Assembly (NCBI GenBank): GCA_045805065.1
Contig: JBJMMA010000099.1
Coordinates: 1 to 16,341 of the forward strand
From: Bdellovibrionia bacterium
Lineage (GTDB): Bacteria > Bdellovibrionota > UBA1018
Length of the DNA stretch: 16,341 bases
Direction: 5' to 3'
The notes below the pieces were generated by a model that was given only the letters and a program-made list of their open reading frames with translations, had not been told where the DNA came from and made no database searches. This document shows positions 1-6,541 of the stretch, piece after piece; position 1 is the stretch's first letter; each line of letters starts with the position of its first letter. The position numbers and the translations under genes were made by a program.

Positions 1-150
1 CTCCTCATCTCCGCTACACACACGCATAGCAACATTGCTCCGGGCGACCTCCCGGGACGCGGCGGATTCCGTCAGCCACAACCGGGCGATCCGCCGCCGC
101 CGATTGTCGGCTCGATGCTCGAAGCAGTGCGGGAGGCAAAAGCCAAGCTT
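1..150 (+). other. Foreign/chimeric segment: fragment of a neutral/alkaline ceramidase-like reading frame fused in frame to the acyl-CoA dehydrogenase tail
   Basis: Frame 1 is open from base 1 and reads [15 protein letters not shown]...[24 protein letters not shown] followed by an EAVxxAxxxL helix resembles the ceramidase-family metal-binding motif rather than an ACAD. The segment is also visibly more GC-rich. Confidence 0.5.
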
Positions 151-342
151 CAAGCCGCGCAAATGGCAACCATCGTTGCACTCGATGCGATCCAGGTTTT
201 AGGTGGCTATGGCTACACTCGTGAGTTCCCCGTTGAGCGTTTCATGCGCGACGCAAAGCTCATTGAGATCGGCGCAGGCACCAACGAAATCCAACGCGTG
301 ATTATCGCCCGTCAGATGTTGGGCGAAGTCGCAGATATGTAA
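142..342 (+). CDS. Acyl-CoA dehydrogenase, C-terminal fragment (5' part missing)
   Basis: [57 protein letters not shown] is the ACAD C-terminal signature. Stop TAA at 340-342. Confidence 0.9.
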   Translation, partial: AKLQAAQMATIVALDAIQVLGGYGYTREFPVERFMRDAKLIEIGAGTNEIQRVIIARQMLGEVADM

Positions 343-352
343 GACGAGACTC

Positions 353-1492
353 ATGGACTTTCAAGAGACACCGATTCAGGCCGAACTTCGCGAACTCGCA
401 AGACGCTTTGCTCAAAAAGAACTTGCCCCGATCGTTGAAGAAGATGAAAAAACCGAAACCTTCCGCCCGGAAATCATCAAAAAGCTGGGCGAGATTGGCC
501 TGACCGGTGTCCCGGTTCCTGAAGCCTACGGTGGTGCAGGAATGGGTTATCAGGAGTACGCCATTGTCATTGAGGAGCTTGCGCGAGTCAGCACCAGCTA
601 CGCGATCAGCGTCGCCGTGACTGGGCTTCCTCAGATGATTCTGGCCGCATCCGGAAGCGAAGCTCAAAAGCAGAAGTACATTCCACCGCTGTCGTCTGGC
701 AACGCCATCGGAGCATTCGGGCTTTCTGAGCCATCCTCTGGATCTGATGCCGGAAGCCTTCGCACGACGGCGCGCCTGGATGGCGATCACTACGTTATCA
801 ACGGCACCAAACTCTGGATCACCCAAGGCGATGTCGCAGATACGATCATTCTCATGGCCCGCACCGGCGGCCCGGGACCGAAAGGCGTTTCCTCTTTCAT
901 CATTGAAAAAGGAATGAAGGGTTTTAGCCTCGGCAAGCGCGAGAAAAAGATGGGCTGTCATATCTCGCATACGATGGAACTGATTTTCCAGGATTGCCGC
1001 GTGCCTGTCGCAAATCGCATTGGCAATGAAGGCGATGGCTTTAAAGTCGCCATGAGCGCTCTGAATGGTGGCCGCATCACGATTGCTTCGGCTGCCAACG
1101 GTATCGCTGCTGCTTCATTAGAAGTGGCAGCCAACCACGCCTCCATGCGCGAGCAATTTGGAAAACCGATTGGTGAGCTTCAAGGCGTGTCCTTCATGCT
1201 GGCAGACATGGCCGTCGCACTCGACTCTTCCAAGCTTTTAGTCCAGAGAGCTGCATGGCTCAAAGACAATGGAATGAGCTTTGCTACCGAAGCCTCCATG
1301 GCAAAACTCTTTGCCACCGATTCTGCGATGAAAATCACGACGGATGCGGTTCAGGTCCTCGGTGGATCGGGCTACACCCAGGAGTTCCCGGTCGAAAGAT
1401 ACATGCGCGAAGCAAAAGTTCTTCAGATCGTGGAAGGAACCAACCAAGTTCAGCGAATGATCATCGGTCGCGCGCTGACTGCCAAGAAATAA
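353..1492 (+). CDS. Acyl-CoA dehydrogenase (short/branched-chain, butyryl-CoA type)
   Basis: 379 aa with GAFGLSEPSSGSDA, INGTKLWITQG, REQFGKPIGELQGV and QVLGGSGY...ERYMREAKVLQIVEGTNQVQR motifs. Confidence 0.96.
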   Translation: MDFQETPIQAELRELARRFAQKELAPIVEEDEKTETFRPEIIKKLGEIGLTGVPVPEAYGGAGMGYQEYAIVIEELARVSTSYAISVAVTGLPQMILAASGSEAQKQKYIPPLSSGNAIGAFGLSEPSSGSDAGSLRTTARLDGDHYVINGTKLWITQGDVADTIILMARTGGPGPKGVSSFIIEKGMKGFSLGKREKKMGCHISHTMELIFQDCRVPVANRIGNEGDGFKVAMSALNGGRITIASAANGIAAASLEVAANHASMREQFGKPIGELQGVSFMLADMAVALDSSKLLVQRAAWLKDNGMSFATEASMAKLFATDSAMKITTDAVQVLGGSGYTQEFPVERYMREAKVLQIVEGTNQVQRMIIGRALTAKK

Positions 1493-1498
1493 TGACCA

Positions 1499-1517
1499 GG
1501 CCAGGCGTAGCCTGGCC
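1499..1517. other. Intergenic GC hairpin (possible RNA processing/stability or weak terminator element)
   Basis: GGCCAGGC-GTA-GCCTGGCC is a perfect 8-bp stem just after the ACAD stop. It has no U-tract. Confidence 0.45.
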
Positions 1518-1538
1518 GAGAAATAGGAGCTGACAAGA

Positions 1539-2897
1539 ATGATTACCGCATCTCGCATGGGCAGTGCCCCACTGACTTGGGATTGGTCCAATCTTGGCCG
1601 CGTGGAGTCTGCTGATCCCGCCGCAACATCGGCAGCCTGGGAAAAGCTCAAATCCCGCTTTGCCGCAGGCGAAGTCGGTTTCTACGATGCCCCGATCAAC
1701 GCTGAGACCACGCAAGCCGCGGAATCTCAAGCTTTGGCTGAGTCCATTCTCGCCAAAAACATCTTCACGGACTGCCTTTTCCTTGGAATTGGCGGAAGCT
1801 CCCTGGGCCCTCTGAGTCTTCTCAACGCGCTTCAAGATCGTCGCAAGTCGCAGATTCGTTTCCATTTCATGGAAAACCCAGACGCGCTCGAGTGGAAGTC
1901 CACTCTCAAAGGCCTTCGTCCTGAGACGACGCTAGTCTGCGCAGTAACCAAATCCGGAACGACCTTTGAAACCATGGCGCAACTCATTCTCGCCATGGAA
2001 TGGCTCGGAGAAGCGCGCCTCAAATCGCATCTCGTTGCGATCACCGATCCAGTCCGGGGTGACCTCAAGGCTTTTGCTCAGGCACAAGGCATTCCAACAC
2101 TTCACATTGCTCCATCCGTGGGCGGACGCTTCAGCATTTTCACGCCGGTTGGACTTTTCGCAACGGCGCTTGCTGGCCTTTCGGTCACTGACTTCATGCA
2201 AGGCGCAAAGCAAGTCCGTGATTACTGTGAAAAGACTCCGCTCGAGAAGAACCCTCTTTTCGTCTTGGCCAATGAGCTTCTTCGCCACTATCCAAAGCGC
2301 ACGTCGCATGTCTGCATGCCTTACTCTTCGCGCCTGAGAACTTTTGGCGATTGGTTTGTTCAGCTCTGGGGCGAAAGCCTTGGAAAAGACGGCAAGGGAT
2401 TTACTCCAGTTGCTGCTCTGGGAGCCACTGACCAGCACAGCATCCTGCAGCTTCTTCGTGACGGTCCAGATGATAAGGTTACGATGTTCCTGACGGTTGA
2501 TCAGGTCGAGGATGAAGTCAAAGTCCCGCGCCTTCCGATGCTTCGCATGGCCAATCTTCCTGCGTTCAAGATTCTGGAAGGCACAAGCCTTCACAATCTT
2601 CTTCGCTATGAGTATCAGGCCACGTCTTTGGTTCTTACCCGCCAGAACCGTCCAAACTTCACGATCCACCTGGATCGCCTGGATGAGCGCACCCTGGGAT
2701 CGCTCTACTTCGCGTTCTGCGTTCTGACGGCCGTGACGGGAACCCTCTGGCAGGTCAATCCTTTTGACCAACCTGGCGTTGAAGAAGGAAAGGTCTATAT
2801 CAAGAAATCCCTCTCCCAGCCTGAGTCTCAGCCTGAGGAAGAGGATGAAAATTCACCCGTCAATCGCCTGAGACGTCATCGCGAGAACGAAAACTAA
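1539..2897 (+). CDS. pgi: Glucose-6-phosphate isomerase
   Basis: Motifs LGIGGSSLGP, TKSGTTFET, VGGRFS, QLWGESLGK, GATDQHS and NPFDQPGVEEGK. AGGAG RBS at 1525-1529. Confidence 0.96.
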   Translation: MITASRMGSAPLTWDWSNLGRVESADPAATSAAWEKLKSRFAAGEVGFYDAPINAETTQAAESQALAESILAKNIFTDCLFLGIGGSSLGPLSLLNALQDRRKSQIRFHFMENPDALEWKSTLKGLRPETTLVCAVTKSGTTFETMAQLILAMEWLGEARLKSHLVAITDPVRGDLKAFAQAQGIPTLHIAPSVGGRFSIFTPVGLFATALAGLSVTDFMQGAKQVRDYCEKTPLEKNPLFVLANELLRHYPKRTSHVCMPYSSRLRTFGDWFVQLWGESLGKDGKGFTPVAALGATDQHSILQLLRDGPDDKVTMFLTVDQVEDEVKVPRLPMLRMANLPAFKILEGTSLHNLLRYEYQATSLVLTRQNRPNFTIHLDRLDERTLGSLYFAFCVLTAVTGTLWQVNPFDQPGVEEGKVYIKKSLSQPESQPEEEDENSPVNRLRRHRENEN

Positions 2898-2941
2898 CAT
2901 TAACTTAGACAGATAACGCGTCGCATCACCAATAAAGGTAA

Positions 2942-2971
2942 TTGACGCTCGCAGGGCATACCCCTTACCCT
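2942..2971 (+). promoter_or_regulatory. Possible sigma70-type promoter for the FHA-GGDEF gene (very short leader)
   Basis: TTGACG (2942-2947), an 18-nt spacer and TACCCT (2966-2971), 10 nt before ATG 2982. No Shine-Dalgarno is visible. Confidence 0.35.
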
Positions 2972-2981
2972 AATTAAAGTT

Positions 2982-3950
2982 ATGGTATGCCCTCCTTCTG
3001 ACGATCCTAAGTCTTCATCCAGTGGCGCCAACGCTGCTGATTTGATGGAAAAGACCGCCGTGATTCGCGGCGACGCGGAGACCTTGAAAAAGGAACTCGC
3101 CAAGGCCAAGGAGCAAGCTGCGTGTCTCATCATCATCCGTGGTCAACCTCAAGGACATCGCTACTTTCTTACTCAGCCTGAGATGACCATTGGACGCGAT
3201 CCTACGACTGAAATCGCGCCTTCCGATCAAAGCATCTCGCGTCGCCACGCCAAGATTCACCAGGTCGACAACCAAGTCACGCTGACCGATCTTGGCAGTT
3301 CCAACGGTACGTTTGTGAACGACAAGAAGATCGAGCCAGGCGTCCCCGTCACTCTTCAAAAAGAAGATATGATCAAGATGGGGAACTTCATCTTCAAGTA
3401 TCTTCCTGCGGGCGAGCTTGAGATTCTTTTCTACGGCAATCTCGGATCCGCGGCTCACACCGATCCAATGACCTTGATCTACAACAAGGGCTATTTGCTC
3501 GAGGCATTGGAAGCGGAGTTCAAGCGCGCAAAGGCTCTGCACACTGATTTTTCCGTGCTCTTCTTTGACCTCGACCATTTCAAGAAGGTCAACGACACCC
3601 ACGGACATGACGCCGGTGACTTCGTTTTGAAAGAGTTCACCGCACTCATCCGCACCGGTCATCTTCGTCCAAAGGACGTCTTTGCCCGTTACGGTGGCGA
3701 AGAGTTCGTCGTGCTGCTGGCCAACACCGGCGGCAAGGACGCAGCTGAGCTTGCTGAGCGCATGCGCGCGGCCGTGGAGTCTCATGCCTTTATTTACGAA
3801 GGCAAACGCCTCCCGATCACGACCAGCATGGGTGTTGCTGAGCTCACTTCAACGATTGAGTCTCCTTCAACTTTGCTCAGGGCTGCCGACAAGGCGCTCT
3901 ACTCCGCAAAGCAAGGCGGTCGTAATCGCGTTGTGGTGGCTTCAGGCTGA
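2982..3950 (+). CDS. FHA-domain + GGDEF diguanylate cyclase, DgcB-like architecture
   Basis: FHA motifs IGRD, ISRRHA and DLGSSNGTFVN. GGDEF domain has DLDHFKKVNDTHGHDAGD, an RxxD I-site (RPKD) and RYGGEEF. The N-terminal tail is disordered and contains EKTAVI. Confidence 0.93.
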   Translation: MVCPPSDDPKSSSSGANAADLMEKTAVIRGDAETLKKELAKAKEQAACLIIIRGQPQGHRYFLTQPEMTIGRDPTTEIAPSDQSISRRHAKIHQVDNQVTLTDLGSSNGTFVNDKKIEPGVPVTLQKEDMIKMGNFIFKYLPAGELEILFYGNLGSAAHTDPMTLIYNKGYLLEALEAEFKRAKALHTDFSVLFFDLDHFKKVNDTHGHDAGDFVLKEFTALIRTGHLRPKDVFARYGGEEFVVLLANTGGKDAAELAERMRAAVESHAFIYEGKRLPITTSMGVAELTSTIESPSTLLRAADKALYSAKQGGRNRVVVASG

Positions 3951-3990
3951 GCCCCAACTGAAATGAATCAGGTCTGGAGCCTGATGCAAT

Positions 3991-4659
3991 ATGAATGAAC
4001 TCTGGAGTGCAGAGTTTTTGCCATTTTGGATCTTTGTCTTCTTCTCCCTGCTCATTCTCGCGCTGACTTTCATCTTCGGGCCAAAACTTCAGAGAAAGAG
4101 AAGCGAGCTTCTTCTCAGACACTTTCAGGGAAAATTCATTTATCCTGGCGGTACTTTAGAAATCCCTTACGCAGGCGCGCTTTTTCGAATCATGAGACTT
4201 GCTCGAGGCGCGGGCACCTACAACAGTGTGGGCGGCAGCTTCCCCACTCTTTGGACCTATACGACCCAGTCCCCAAAATTCATCATCGGCAACGCACAGT
4301 CCGGCAAATACACATATGGAAACTTCCTCATTCTTCCTCCTCACGAGACTGTCACGGCGGGAAGCTTTTCATTTTTGGTTGGATCCGAAAGCCCGGAACT
4401 GAAAGAGCAGATCAAGACACTTTTAATGGAAAGCCCTGATCTGTCTCGTCGCCTCAGTCAGCTCTTCGAAAAAGAATTCGGACATCTCACTCTCTCTACC
4501 GAGAATCACCTCAAGAACTTTTCCATTCAGCGCAAGCCAGTTCTCCGCTACATGACACTTCCTGAGGAAATCTATCAGCAGCCTGCGAAGCTTGAGCCCA
4601 TTCTCAAAACCATTACGGATTTTGTGGAAAAGCTCGGCATCTCATTCGATCCGTCCTAA
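3991..4659 (+). CDS. Hypothetical membrane-anchored protein
   Basis: 222 aa ORF. An N-terminal hydrophobic helix (FLPFWIFVFFSLLILALTFIFG) is followed by basic KLQRKR. No family recognised. Confidence 0.7.
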   Translation: MNELWSAEFLPFWIFVFFSLLILALTFIFGPKLQRKRSELLLRHFQGKFIYPGGTLEIPYAGALFRIMRLARGAGTYNSVGGSFPTLWTYTTQSPKFIIGNAQSGKYTYGNFLILPPHETVTAGSFSFLVGSESPELKEQIKTLLMESPDLSRRLSQLFEKEFGHLTLSTENHLKNFSIQRKPVLRYMTLPEEIYQQPAKLEPILKTITDFVEKLGISFDPS

Positions 4660-4660
4660 A

Positions 4661-4688
4661 CAGCATCAAAAGAGATGCTGAGCTTTTC
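4661..4688. terminator. Hairpin between convergent genes, possible terminator
   Basis: CAGCATC-AAAAGA-GATGCTG forms a 7-bp stem right after the 4659 stop, followed by AGCTTTTC. Confidence 0.4.
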
Positions 4689-4697
4689 AGTGACATG

Positions 4698-4715
4698 CAC
4701 TCCGCCGGCGGAGAG
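4698..4715. repeat. Palindromic repeat copy 1, CACTCCGCCGGCGGAGAG
   Basis: Perfect 14-bp palindrome CTCCGCCGGCGGAG at 4700-4713. The same core occurs at 5201 and 6112. Confidence 0.9.
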
Positions 4716-4753
4716 TCTTGCACTTACCTTAAAGTCAGGTCTTGCTTTGAACC

Positions 4754-5143
4754 TTACAAATGTCCCGTAAAGTCCGGTGCGCGATCAAAGCGATCATGTT
4801 GACCATCAAAGATACGAACCGGCGCCGCAGCCCACTCACGCGGATCAAGATCATCCAGCGCAGCCAGGACCACGACGGTCAATGGCTTCCCAATCGGACT
4901 GACTCCTTGAGCAAAAACCTTGATACCGCATTCTTTGCAGAAGTGATGAACAGGACTTTTCCAGTATTTTGAAAGAAACTCTTCGCCAGATGTTACCTTG
5001 AAATTCTCAGGCTGAACCACAGCGCCCCAAAGCCGAGCCTTCGTGCACATCCTGCAATTGCACTTGAACGTTCCCGCCTGCAGATCAAAAGTGGCTTCAA
5101 ACTTCACTTTTTCACACTCGCAACTGCCGTGATAAGTTTTCAT
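4754..5143 (-). CDS. GFA family (glutathione-dependent formaldehyde-activating / CENP-V-like) Zn protein
   Basis: Cysteine pattern YHGSCEC, CNCRMC, HHFCKECG, with a C-terminal FDGQHD motif. Confidence 0.92.
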   Translation of the reverse strand: MKTYHGSCECEKVKFEATFDLQAGTFKCNCRMCTKARLWGAVVQPENFKVTSGEEFLSKYWKSPVHHFCKECGIKVFAQGVSPIGKPLTVVVLAALDDLDPREWAAAPVRIFDGQHDRFDRAPDFTGHL

Positions 5144-5200
5144 TCAGCTATAACTATCAGCCAACTTGGCCCGGCACAAGAACGAGCTGACTTCGATATT

Positions 5201-5218
5201 ACTCCGCCGGCGGAGTGA
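5201..5218. repeat. Palindromic repeat copy 2, ACTCCGCCGGCGGAGTGA
   Basis: Perfect 16-bp palindrome at 5201-5216. The reverse complement of 5201-5218 equals 6110-6127. Confidence 0.9.
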
Positions 5219-5293
5219 ATTGTCTTTCGCAGAATCACTCGCGCTTGAGTTCAGTTTAAGGGAAAATCTCATCTATTATTTTTCTCAAAGCAC

Positions 5294-5325
5294 TTGACAG
5301 GATTTTTCTGAAAAATGACATAACT
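5294..5325 (+). promoter_or_regulatory. Putative promoter with an operator-like palindrome upstream of the HNH gene
   Basis: TTGACA at 5294-5299, then ATTTTTC-T-GAAAAAT inverted repeat (5302-5316) and a weak -10-like TGACATAAC. Confidence 0.4.
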
Positions 5326-5484
5326 TTGCAAAAGCGGCGTATTTTCGCCTTAATAAGCACTAGTTTGAACTCTAGATCATTTTGAGTCACAACAGGCCTG
5401 AAAAAAGAACTTTTGAAAATGAGCTTACCTTAGGGCATTCTCGCGCGTTTTAGAGCATGCGAAATTCAATGATATTTAGTGCGC

Positions 5485-6420
5485 ATGCAAAGTCCAAAAC
5501 AACTTTCAAACGAAGCATTACTTAGAAACACTCAAACACTTGTTGCTGAGGAAAGAAAACTCACAACAGAAATTCTGTGGCATCTGCATGAGATTCAAGT
5601 TCGGCGTCTTTATGCGGAAAGAGGATACGGATCTCTCTTCGAGTACGCCGTTCAAGCCTTAGGCTATAGCGAAGCTGCTGCCGGAAGACGAATTGCAGCA
5701 ATGAGACTATTAGTCGAAGTACCGGAAATAGAACCTGCCTTACAAAAGGGCGAAGTGAGCCTTTCGACTCTTTCAACGATTCAAAGCTTCATTCAACGTA
5801 AAGAGCAGCCTGTTTCCAAATCAGAAAAGAAGGAACTCGTGTTGGCTCTTCAGGGCAAGTCTCGTCGTGAATGTGAAAAGCATCTAGTTGCATTAGATCC
5901 TGTTGCTGCCACTCCAAAAGAGAAGGAACGGGTCATCAGCCCCCATCAAACCGAGATCCGTTTTGTTGCTGATGATGAACTATTGCAAAAGCTGCAAAGA
6001 ATTAAAGAACTGGATGGACACGCTAACTCAAACCCAACTTACTTTGAGCTCTTTCATCGCTTAGCGGACATAACGCTTAACAAGCTTGATCCTTTAGCCA
6101 AAAAGAAAGTCACTCCGCCGGCGGAGTCAACTCAGGTCAAACTAACAAAAACGGTTAATCAGCCTATAAGGAATCCACGGCACATCCCAATTCCAGTTCG
6201 ACGAGCAGTCTGGATGAGAGACAAATCCCAATGTACTTACCTTAGCCCCAGTGGACAGCGGTGCGGATCAAAGTTCGCCCTTCAAATTGACCATAAGAAA
6301 CCAGTGGCTTGGGGCGGAAAAAGCGAGCTGCACAATCTCCAACTCCTCTGCCGGGAGCACAACCGACTCAAAGCGATCACTCAAATCGGCACATCGGTTA
6401 TGAATCACTTTATCCGGTAG
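5485..6420 (+). CDS. HNH endonuclease with N-terminal DUF222-like helical domain
   Basis: C-terminal VWMRDKSQC...RC...LQIDHKKPVAWGG...NLQLLCREHN is an HNH/Zn motif. N-terminal LYAERGYGSLFEYAVQALGYSEAAAGRRIAAMRL resembles the repeated HNH family of Bdellovibrio/myxobacteria. Codon usage is AT-richer than the flanks. Start is ATG 5485 or GTG 5479. Confidence 0.88.
   Translation: MQSPKQLSNEALLRNTQTLVAEERKLTTEILWHLHEIQVRRLYAERGYGSLFEYAVQALGYSEAAAGRRIAAMRLLVEVPEIEPALQKGEVSLSTLSTIQSFIQRKEQPVSKSEKKELVLALQGKSRRECEKHLVALDPVAATPKEKERVISPHQTEIRFVADDELLQKLQRIKELDGHANSNPTYFELFHRLADITLNKLDPLAKKKVTPPAESTQVKLTKTVNQPIRNPRHIPIPVRRAVWMRDKSQCTYLSPSGQRCGSKFALQIDHKKPVAWGGKSELHNLQLLCREHNRLKAITQIGTSVMNHFIR
6110..6127. 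repeat. Palindromic repeat copy 3 inside the HNH ORF (encodes TPPAE)
   Basis: TCACTCCGCCGGCGGAGT, with a perfect 16-bp palindrome at 6112-6127 in the linker before the HNH domain. Confidence 0.9.
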
Positions 6421-6443
6421 CCAAACACTCTCGCTGCGTTTTC

Positions 6444-6456
6444 TAAGTTATTGATT
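6444..6456 (-). promoter_or_regulatory. IHF-consensus site
   Basis: TAAGTTATTGATT read on the minus strand is AATCAA-TAAC-TTA, an exact match to WATCAANNNNTTR. Confidence 0.5.
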
Positions 6457-6541
6457 TCATTACTTCTATAACAGACGGCAAAGGCTCATAAATTCGGCTA
6501 CTCCCCTAGTCAGCCCCCCTTAAATGTGAGATAGCGCTTCT

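Noticed and set aside
115..141. ATG 115 as start of a 75-aa protein
   Set aside because: The frame is open from base 1 and the product is only an ACAD tail, so it is not a standalone gene.
302..3785. Long antisense ORFs (302-970, 1932-2771, 3015-3785)
   Set aside because: They are shadows of well-supported plus-strand genes and carry no recognisable motifs.
4698..6127. Palindromes as a CRISPR array or integron attC sites
   Set aside because: They are only 14-18 bp with irregular spacing (502 and 911 bp). There are no cas or integrase genes and no attC-type RYYYAAC...GTTRRRY structure.
5485..6420. HNH protein as IscB/Cas9-like RNA-guided nuclease
   Set aside because: No RuvC motifs or PLMP N-terminus are visible, and the HNH domain is terminal.
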